NCBI GenBank assembly: GCA_965230295.1
Contig: OZ246001.1
Location: 2,720,001-2,784,000 of the forward strand
Reading direction: 5' to 3'
DNA: 64,000 nt
From: Marinicella sp.
GTDB taxonomy: Bacteria > Pseudomonadota > Gammaproteobacteria > Xanthomonadales > Marinicellaceae
This document shows, in pieces, positions 46,157 through 53,829 of the stretch; the first letter of the stretch is position 1, and the number at the start of each line of letters is the position of its first letter. The notes under the pieces are model-generated. The model saw only the letters and a list, made by a program, of their open reading frames with translations, was not told the DNA's origin and did not search any database. A program made the position numbers and the translations under genes.

Positions 46157-47185
46157 CTACTTGGCCATTAATGTAATCAAGGCTTTTCTGGCCTGTTGCC
46201 ACCGCATCTGTTCCCAAAAGGGCTGCTCAGTACTCAGTGTCGAGTGGCCCCGCAAGCGCTTTATTTTAATCAATTTTCCACCTTGATTGGGCAAATATTT
46301 CAAACGATTGTTTGAATACAGTTCGGAGCACAGTTTGGGTTCGCACAACAGCGTTAAATCTATGTCTGCATCAAAGCAGGCTTGGTACCTTTGGTGGATG
46401 TCGCCAACACACTCTGCAGCCTTCATGCCCAAATCGTCGCTGATCGAAACCCCTTGAAAATTTTGTTGCGCTCTCAATATGTGGCTGTGCCATTCAGCAG
46501 AATAGCCTGCAGGCAAATCACACACTTGTGAATAAATGACATGCGACAACATCATGGCGTCGATGCACCCAGTTGGGATCAGCTCACTGAATGGCCACAT
46601 GTCAGATTGGAACAGATCTGCCCTTGGGCGGTCGTCTTTTGGCAGTTCAAAATGTGAATCGGCTTTGACCGTGCCATGACCCGGGTAGTGTTTGGCGGTG
46701 GTTTTCATGCCTGCTGATTGCATCCCCCGACAGTAGATCTCAGCCAGGTTTTTAACCAAATCAGGTTCGGTGGCAAATGCCCGGTCGCCAATGACATCAC
46801 TGCCATTGTTAATATCCAGCACTGGCGCAAAACTCATGTCAACACCAATGCTCAGTAACTCACTGGCCATCAGCCAGGCATGTACATGAGCCATGCTTTT
46901 GGCCTTGTCTCGGTCAGTCACGTAGGAGTGCCCCAGTGATCCCAATGGAGGTAATTGCGTAAACGGTAAGCCAAATCGAATCACCCGCCCACCTTCTTGG
47001 TCTACCGCCAGGATGAAATCGGGTCCTTTCAAGGCCCTGATCTGGTTGACCAAAGCCACCAGTTGATAGTAATCCTGGTAGTTCCTTTTGAAAAAAATAA
47101 CGCCACATGTCAGTGGGTGGTTGAGGTTGTTCAGATCCTGATCGGTGAGTTCGAATCCTTCGATTCCTGTCATTATGTATGTCAT
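46157..47185 (-). CDS. nagZ: Beta-N-acetylhexosaminidase (GH3)
   Basis: VDQEGGRV, KHYPGHG-x4-DSH and SDDLGM motifs. Confidence 0.95.
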   Translation of the reverse strand: MTYIMTGIEGFELTDQDLNNLNHPLTCGVIFFKRNYQDYYQLVALVNQIRALKGPDFILAVDQEGGRVIRFGLPFTQLPPLGSLGHSYVTDRDKAKSMAHVHAWLMASELLSIGVDMSFAPVLDINNGSDVIGDRAFATEPDLVKNLAEIYCRGMQSAGMKTTAKHYPGHGTVKADSHFELPKDDRPRADLFQSDMWPFSELIPTGCIDAMMLSHVIYSQVCDLPAGYSAEWHSHILRAQQNFQGVSISDDLGMKAAECVGDIHQRYQACFDADIDLTLLCEPKLCSELYSNNRLKYLPNQGGKLIKIKRLRGHSTLSTEQPFWEQMRWQQARKALITLMAK

Positions 47186-47311
47186 GTGTAGATTATAGCT
47201 GAAATGGCAATCCACTCAATGCATTACTCATGGCTTAAATTGAGCATGAAAATCTAATTCCGGTAATTATTTTAATATTTAGGCCAATAAACAGGATTTT
47301 TCTGAACATCT

Positions 47312-47327
47312 TGTGAGCCTGGTCACA
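47312..47327. promoter_or_regulatory. CRP/Clp-family binding site
   Basis: Perfect TGTGA-N6-TCACA (TGTGAGCCTGGTCACA) 88 bp upstream of the protease ATG. Confidence 0.65.
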
Positions 47328-47414
47328 AATTTATCGAACCTGACATGACAGCATGGTTGGTCTGGTTTTTACCAGAGCTTAAAACTATAAATAAAAAGAG
47401 GAGAATCTATCATC

Positions 47415-49640
47415 ATGAATAGATATAAAAGGTATACCAAACCGGTATTGATTTCATTGTGTGCGGGTATCAGCACACAACTCATTGCACAAGATGACCA
47501 AAGTTTATTTGGTTCCATCAGCCATCAAAATAACTTACAAGTACAAGCCAGTACGCTGAATCCCTATCAGGCTCAAGCGCATCCTTTGGCGAAAAACATC
47601 ATCGTTAAGTACAAGGCGATCAACAAATCAGCTTCTGACAAAGAGGCCCAGAACAAAACAGCATTGCTGAGTAAAAGTGTGGGTGTACCGATGTCATTCA
47701 AAAGGATGATGTCAGGTGATGCCGAAGTTTTGACGGTACACATGACCGCTAAGTCAACTGCATCCGATTTACAGGCCATCGTAGAAAACATCAACGCTTT
47801 GCCTGAAGTTGAATATGCTGAAGTGGATGCCTGGATGGTGGCTTATCGCACCCCCAATGATTCACGTTACAGTGACCAATGGCATTATTTCAATTCAGTG
47901 GGTGGCATGAAGTTACCCGCTGCCTGGGATGAAACCACTGGTTCTTCAGCCGTCACTGTGGCTGTGTTAGACACCGGTTACCGGCCTCATGCTGATTTGG
48001 CAGGCAATGTGGTTGGCCAATACGACATGATTTCCAGCACTTCAGTTTCTAATGACGGCAATGGCCGTGATTCAAATGCGCAAGACCCAGGTGATTGGGT
48101 GACCGCCAATCAATGTGGTAATAACCCGGCCCAGGACTCATCCTGGCATGGCACCCATGTGGCTGGTACGATAGCAGCGGTTTCTGATAACAACACGGGT
48201 GTGGCCGGTGTGGCCTGGAACGTCAATTTGGTTCCTGTGCGCGTGTTAGGCACCTGTGGTGGTTCCTTGTCAGACATAGCTGATGGCATCCGTTGGGCGG
48301 CAGGCCTGTCAGTCAGTGGCGTACCCACCAATTCGAATCCGGCCGATGTGATCAACATGAGTTTGGGTTCAACCCAACCGTCGGCTTGTTCGAGCACATA
48401 CAGCAGTGCCATCAATGCCGCGGTCAATGCCGGTGCAACCGTTGTGGTGGCTGCTGGTAATGACAACTCAAGTGCGGGTTATCCACCTGGCAACTGTGCC
48501 AATGTCATTTCTGTGGCGGCAGGTGCCAGAGACGGTTCACGGGCTTATTATTCAAATTTTGGTTCGGCCATCGATATCACTGCCCCCGGTGGTGACTTGT
48601 GTGACCCGACCACAGATGCATTGCCAACTTCAGCCAGTGATTGTCGAGGTGGTACCACCCGTTCAGCTGATATGATTTTGTCGACCTACAATTCAGGCAC
48701 CACTACACCTGGCAGTGATTCCTACGATTACTCTCAAGGTACATCCATGGCAGCTCCACATGTGGCAGGTTTGGCAGCACTGATCAAATCTGTTGACAGT
48801 TCTCTCACGCCGGCGCAGGTGGAACAAACCATTAAAAACACGGCCGATTCATTTGCCAATGTGTCTGACCACCAATGTACCACCTCTATATGTGGCGCAG
48901 GTTATGCCAATGCCGCAGCGGCCATTGCTTCATTGACTGGTACACCACCCAATCCGGGTGATAGCGTATTGTCAAATGGTGTTGCAGTGACAGGCTTATC
49001 CGGTTCGGCCGGAAGCGAGTTAAGGTATACCCTTGACGTGCCTTCAGGTGCGACTGATTTAAGTTTTGTGACCAGCAGTGGTGATCCAGATGCAGATTTG
49101 TATGTCCGATTTGGTTCGGCACCAACTACCAGCAGTTATGACTGCCGTTCCTGGACGTCAACCAGCAATGAAACCTGTAACATCAGTAACGTTCAGGGAG
49201 GTACCTACCACGTACTGGTGAGAGGTTATAGTGCTTATACTGGATTAAGCTTAACCGGCAGTTATACAGAACCTTCAACCGGTGGCGGTCAAACATTCTT
49301 CCAAAACACCAGCAACGTCAACATCCCTGACAACAACGCCACGGGGATCACCAGCAGCATCAATGTCAACCGCACGGGAACAGCTGGCAGCATCGAAGTG
49401 TCTTTTGCCATTGTGCACACCTGGCGTGGTGATTTAGAGGTGGACTTGATTGCACCGAATGGGGCAACGGCAACTTTGCACAGTCGCACCAACAGCAATG
49501 ACAGTGCGGATAACTTAAGCAAAACCACCACCGTCAACGCAGCCAGTGTGAATGCAGCAGGTGAATGGCGATTGCGCGTTAAAGACCGTGCCAACCAAGA
49601 CACCGGTTACATCGATTCCTGGAGCATCGAGTTCCAGTGA
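47415..49640 (+). CDS. Secreted S8 subtilisin-like protease with PPC and proprotein-convertase P domains
   Basis: Signal and pro-peptide; catalytic triad VAVLDTG, WHGTHVAGT, GTSMAAPHVAG; C-terminal IVHTWRGDL...GEWRLRV. Confidence 0.95.
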   Translation: MNRYKRYTKPVLISLCAGISTQLIAQDDQSLFGSISHQNNLQVQASTLNPYQAQAHPLAKNIIVKYKAINKSASDKEAQNKTALLSKSVGVPMSFKRMMSGDAEVLTVHMTAKSTASDLQAIVENINALPEVEYAEVDAWMVAYRTPNDSRYSDQWHYFNSVGGMKLPAAWDETTGSSAVTVAVLDTGYRPHADLAGNVVGQYDMISSTSVSNDGNGRDSNAQDPGDWVTANQCGNNPAQDSSWHGTHVAGTIAAVSDNNTGVAGVAWNVNLVPVRVLGTCGGSLSDIADGIRWAAGLSVSGVPTNSNPADVINMSLGSTQPSACSSTYSSAINAAVNAGATVVVAAGNDNSSAGYPPGNCANVISVAAGARDGSRAYYSNFGSAIDITAPGGDLCDPTTDALPTSASDCRGGTTRSADMILSTYNSGTTTPGSDSYDYSQGTSMAAPHVAGLAALIKSVDSSLTPAQVEQTIKNTADSFANVSDHQCTTSICGAGYANAAAAIASLTGTPPNPGDSVLSNGVAVTGLSGSAGSELRYTLDVPSGATDLSFVTSSGDPDADLYVRFGSAPTTSSYDCRSWTSTSNETCNISNVQGGTYHVLVRGYSAYTGLSLTGSYTEPSTGGGQTFFQNTSNVNIPDNNATGITSSINVNRTGTAGSIEVSFAIVHTWRGDLEVDLIAPNGATATLHSRTNSNDSADNLSKTTTVNAASVNAAGEWRLRVKDRANQDTGYIDSWSIEFQ

Positions 49641-49663
49641 TTTAATCTTGTCTTAAAACGCAG

Positions 49664-49689
49664 AAAAGGGCGCTGTGGTGCCCTTTTTT
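49664..49689 (+). terminator. Rho-independent terminator
   Basis: AAAAGGGCGC...GTGCCCTTTTTT. Confidence 0.8.
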
Positions 49690-49697
49690 GTGGTTGA

Positions 49698-49786
49698 GTC
49701 ATTGCGAGGGAGGAACGACCGCGGCAATCTCATGAAGCTGGGTAACCTTCTTTAGATTGCCACGCCGCTTCGCGACTCGCAATGAC
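49698..49786. repeat. GTCATTGCGAG...CTCGCAATGAC palindromic repeat element
   Basis: 11-bp perfect terminal inverted repeat plus internal GGCAATCT/AGATTGCC pair. Confidence 0.8.
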
Positions 49787-49822
49787 GCAATTAAATTCTT
49801 AAATTTCTCTAAAAAACAAACT

Positions 49823-50002
49823 ACCGTCATCCCGGACCCCGATCCGGGATCCAGTGTCTTTCAGGGGGTGGGTCAGAAAAGTAATATTTCCGATCTGCAA
49901 TTGGATTAATCTAATCAGATTAATGTGAGTTCAAAGCATCGTCTGCGACAATTCTGAGGTTAAGATAAAAAGACCCTGGATACCGGCCTTCGCCGGTAAT
50001 TC
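49823..50002. repeat. Paired REP-like element, same family as 40065-40195 (inverted)
   Basis: CGTCATCCCGG..CCGGGATCCAG left end and CTGGATACCGGC..GCCGGTAATTC right end. Confidence 0.75.
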
Positions 50003-50015
50003 AATTCATTCTCAA

Positions 50016-50444
50016 TCAAATATACTTCTCAGCCGTCTCTTTGATCTTCTGAATCATGGCATTCAAACCATTGGAGCGGGTGGAGGAGAGGTGGGATGAG
50101 AGGCCGATTTTTTCGATGAAATCAGGCTCGGTTGCGGTGATTTTCTCTGGTGTTTGCCCAGAATAGATGGTCATCACCAATTTGATCAATCCTGATACGA
50201 TGGCGGCATCACTGTTGGCTTGGAAATGCAGCTTGCCGTCACTGAAATCATGAACCAGCCAGACTTGTGACTGACAGCCGTGCAGGATGTTGTCGTCAAC
50301 CTTCAGTGATTCGTCCATGGGTTCCAGTCGTTTACCCAGATCAATGATGTATTGGTATTTTTCCAACCAATCATCGAACAGCTCAAAGGTTTCAATGATT
50401 TCTGTCTGTTCAACTGAATTGTGTTCGGAGCTCAGGTCAGTCAT
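50016..50444 (-). CDS. sufE: SufE family sulfur-acceptor protein
   Basis: WLEKYQYIIDLG, GCQSQVW, SDAAIVSGL. Confidence 0.92.
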   Translation of the reverse strand: MTDLSSEHNSVEQTEIIETFELFDDWLEKYQYIIDLGKRLEPMDESLKVDDNILHGCQSQVWLVHDFSDGKLHFQANSDAAIVSGLIKLVMTIYSGQTPEKITATEPDFIEKIGLSSHLSSTRSNGLNAMIQKIKETAEKYI

Positions 50445-51817
50445 TTCATGCTCCAGCGGGTGCCATCTGCTGAATCTTCCAGCACCACGCCCATGGCATC
50501 CAATTCATCTCGAATTTCATCAGAGCGGGCCCAATCTTTATCGGTACGGGCTTGTTTACGTTCTGCGATCAATTGTTCAACTTGATCTTTGATGTCTTCG
50601 CCCCCGGCTTGTTTGTCGTCTAACCATTGCTTGGGGTCTGTTTGTAAGACGCCCATCAATTCACTGCTTTTGAGCAACACGGATTTAAGCTCGATTTGAC
50701 TGGTTTCATCTTCAGCATTGGCCAGGGCTTTGGCCAATTGGTTGATGCGGGCAAAAGCTTTTGGGGTGTTCAGATCGTCATCCAGAGCGGCTAATAATTC
50801 TGCATCAATCGCCACATCATCAACTGAAACATCACTGACGTCTGCCAGGGTGCGGTAGATGCGATCAATGGTTTTCTCGGCTTGAGCCACGGTATCAGGT
50901 GTCCAGTCCACAGACTGGCGGTAATGTGCACTGAGCAAGACCCAGCGGGCCACTTCGCCCTTGATCTCAGCCAACACTTCACGAATCAATTGAATGTTGC
51001 CCAAGGATTTTGACATTTTTTGGTCACTCATGGTGATGAAACCATTGTGGACCCAATAATTGGCAAATTTTTTGGTGTCATTGGCGCAGCAGCTTTGGGC
51101 CACTTCATTCTCATGGTGTGGAAAGATCAAATCTTTACCACCACAATGGATGTCAATGGTTTTGGCCAGGTGCTTGGCTGCCATGGCTGAACATTCAATG
51201 TGCCAGCCTGGTCGGCCGCGTCCCCACGGGCTTTCCCAACCCGGCAGGGTGGCATCAGAAGGCTTCCACAACACAAAATCACCAGGATTGCGTTTGTAGG
51301 TGGCCACTTCAACCCGTGCCCCAGCCAACATGTCCTCCAATGACCGTTTTGACAATTCGCCATAATGCTCATAAGTGGTGACATCAAACAACACATGACC
51401 TTCTGCGGCATAAGCATGACCCTTGCTGATCAGGTCTTCAATCATCTCTATCATTTCAGCGACATGATCGGTGGCATAGGGTTCAATGTCCGGCATCAAC
51501 ACACCTAACTGTTTCAGGTCTTCATTGTATGCTTGGGCATATTCAGTTGAGATGTCTTTGATGGAACGCCCAGTTTCCTTGGCTGAGTTATTGATCTTGT
51601 CATCAATGTCTGTGATGTTGCGGGCGAACACAACATGGGGATAGTGTTGACGCAACAATCGATTCAACACATCAAACACAACGGCTGGTCTGGCATTGCC
51701 AATATGGGCATAGTTATAAACAGTGGGCCCACACAAATACATGGTGACGCGATTGGGGTCAATTGGGGTGAATAATTCCTTGTGGCCACTGAGGCTGTTG
51801 TGTAAATGTAATGCCAT
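50441..51817 (-). CDS. cysS: Cysteine--tRNA ligase
   Basis: CGPTVY..HIGN, GRPGWHIECS, KMSKS. Confidence 0.99.
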   Translation of the reverse strand: MALHLHNSLSGHKELFTPIDPNRVTMYLCGPTVYNYAHIGNARPAVVFDVLNRLLRQHYPHVVFARNITDIDDKINNSAKETGRSIKDISTEYAQAYNEDLKQLGVLMPDIEPYATDHVAEMIEMIEDLISKGHAYAAEGHVLFDVTTYEHYGELSKRSLEDMLAGARVEVATYKRNPGDFVLWKPSDATLPGWESPWGRGRPGWHIECSAMAAKHLAKTIDIHCGGKDLIFPHHENEVAQSCCANDTKKFANYWVHNGFITMSDQKMSKSLGNIQLIREVLAEIKGEVARWVLLSAHYRQSVDWTPDTVAQAEKTIDRIYRTLADVSDVSVDDVAIDAELLAALDDDLNTPKAFARINQLAKALANAEDETSQIELKSVLLKSSELMGVLQTDPKQWLDDKQAGGEDIKDQVEQLIAERKQARTDKDWARSDEIRDELDAMGVVLEDSADGTRWSMK

Positions 51818-51991
51818 GATGTCGTTGTTTTCTGTTTGCAGCGTATTTTAAGTGAATCACAGCCAAATGAGGACAAAATTATTCAGCTAAGGATTAATAT
51901 TTAAGACATGGCATTGTTATCTTCGCCTGAATTGACGATAATGGCAGCCCCGAAACTGTGACAACCGTAGACAACAAGTCAATCGACACCT

Positions 51992-52930
51992 ATGGACCAA
52001 CAAACCAAGCCATCATTCACCAGTCAATTACAAGTCAGTGTCAGGCGCGAGTCTGATCCTTTGATAAGTTTTACTGGTTTGAATCATGTACCTGCTGTTG
52101 AATCGGTTGGTATTTCTGTGCCGTTAGAGAAATTGGCAGAGTCAGAAGGGTATCAAGAATATTGGTCAGACGGCCAACCGGCTTTGGTGGCTCCCAGCGG
52201 TAACAACAGCTTATTAAAAATGGTGGAAACGCCACAGCATTTGGTGATGAGTTATCAGTGTGACAGTTTACCCATGTTGGATGCGGTCAAACAGGTCTAC
52301 ATGGATGCCTACACGGTCAGTGCAGCGAGGGGATACCACTACCTAAACCGGACTTGGAACTACTTGGATAAGATTAACGACATGCAAGGCGGCATGGAAA
52401 GATACCAGGCCTTTTGTGTTGCTCGCCATCAAGTATTGGAACAGTTACAGTTGTTAGAAAGGAACAACCCGGCCGCCACAGCAATAGGTGGCCATCACGG
52501 TCAGAATGTTTTTATCTTTTTGTTCAGCAAAGTACCTGGCCAGGTGGTGGAAAACAAAAGGCAGGTTTCTGCGTGGCAATACCCCAAGCAATATTCGCCC
52601 AAACAGCCCAGGTTTTCACGTGCCATGCAGTGCGGTAATTTGTTGATGTGTAGTGGGACAGCCAGTGTGGTTGGTCATGAAACCATCCACCTGGATGATG
52701 TGGGTGCCCAATTTGAAGAATGTCTGATCAATGTTCAGGCGCTGTTGGATGAAAGTACGCTTGATGTGTCTCTGAATTCAGGCTTGTTTCGATTTTATTT
52801 GCGTGACAAAGCCCTGAAAAATGAAATCATTACCTTGATAAAAGCGAGAAATATAGAGTCTTATATCATTCTTGAAGGTGATATTTGCCGTGAAAACCTT
52901 TTGATAGAGTGTGAAGCGGTATTCCAATAA
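51992..52930 (+). CDS. FkbO/Hyg5/XanB2-like chorismatase ('pteridine-dependent deoxygenase-like')
   Basis: RTWNY, ERYQAFCVAR, ENKRQVSAWQYP.QY, FSRA, SGTASVVGHE, DICRENLLIECE motifs. Confidence 0.8.
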   Translation: MDQQTKPSFTSQLQVSVRRESDPLISFTGLNHVPAVESVGISVPLEKLAESEGYQEYWSDGQPALVAPSGNNSLLKMVETPQHLVMSYQCDSLPMLDAVKQVYMDAYTVSAARGYHYLNRTWNYLDKINDMQGGMERYQAFCVARHQVLEQLQLLERNNPAATAIGGHHGQNVFIFLFSKVPGQVVENKRQVSAWQYPKQYSPKQPRFSRAMQCGNLLMCSGTASVVGHETIHLDDVGAQFEECLINVQALLDESTLDVSLNSGLFRFYLRDKALKNEIITLIKARNIESYIILEGDICRENLLIECEAVFQ

Positions 52931-53030
52931 TCCCGGAAAGGGGGTAAAATCGTTCTCTTAAATTTGTGTGTGTACCTGCTATACTGAGTTTATATACCTT
53001 AATTTTGCAGGGAAAAAGAGAGGAAAAAAC

Positions 53031-53759
53031 ATGTCTGATGCATTTGACGAAGCTACATTTGATGAACTGTATTTAAGTGAACGGTTTCAAAACTCCAGTT
53101 TTTTTAAACTGAATGTTGAGTCCTTGAATCGATTCTTATCCATGTGTCATCGACGCAAGTTTCCCAATAAAACCACCATCATCAGGCCCGGTGACTTGGC
53201 CAACACCTTGTATTATATCGTCAGTGGTTCAGTGACGATTTCCTATGAAAATGATGAAGGTAAAGAGTTGGTACTGGCCTATTTGAATAAAGGCGATTTT
53301 ATCGGCGAAATGGGTTTGTTCATGAAAACAGAGCGTCGTGAGGTGATGGTTAAATCGAAAGAAAAAACTGAAGTGGCAGAAATAGGTTACTTGCGTTTAG
53401 GTCAATTGTTCGAAACAGATTTGAAAGATGATGCCAAGCACATTTTATATGCCATCGGCACCCAATTAACCCATCGGTTGTTGCAAACTTCAAGAAAGGT
53501 ACACCGTTTGGCGTTTTTAGACGTGACTGGTCGCATTGCCAGAACTTTATTGGATTTATGTAAAGAGCCCAATGCTTTGTCTCATCCAGACGGCACTCAA
53601 ATCAAAATTTCACGGCAAGAAATTTCCAGGATTGTAGGTTGTTCAAGGGAAATGGCAGGTCGGGTTTTGAAGGATTTGCAAGAGCAAGGCAATCTGGCTG
53701 TCAAAGGACATACCATTGTGGTCTTGCATGACCGCCAGGACAAGCCCGCTATTAATTAA
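53031..53759 (+). CDS. clp: CRP-family global regulator (Clp-like)
   Basis: GDFIGEMGLF nucleotide-binding barrel, LAFLDVTGRI, HTH VGCSREMAGRVLK. Confidence 0.9.
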   Translation: MSDAFDEATFDELYLSERFQNSSFFKLNVESLNRFLSMCHRRKFPNKTTIIRPGDLANTLYYIVSGSVTISYENDEGKELVLAYLNKGDFIGEMGLFMKTERREVMVKSKEKTEVAEIGYLRLGQLFETDLKDDAKHILYAIGTQLTHRLLQTSRKVHRLAFLDVTGRIARTLLDLCKEPNALSHPDGTQIKISRQEISRIVGCSREMAGRVLKDLQEQGNLAVKGHTIVVLHDRQDKPAIN

Positions 53760-53780
53760 AATCTAATGATTACACCCAAT

Positions 53781-53811
53781 AAAAAAGCCTGATTTGAATC
53801 AGGCTTTTTTT
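53781..53811. terminator. Bidirectional terminator between clp and rne
   Basis: AAAAAAGCCTGATT-TG-AATCAGGCTTTTTTT. Confidence 0.85.
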
Positions 53812-53829
53812 GTGCTTAACAAAAAGAGA

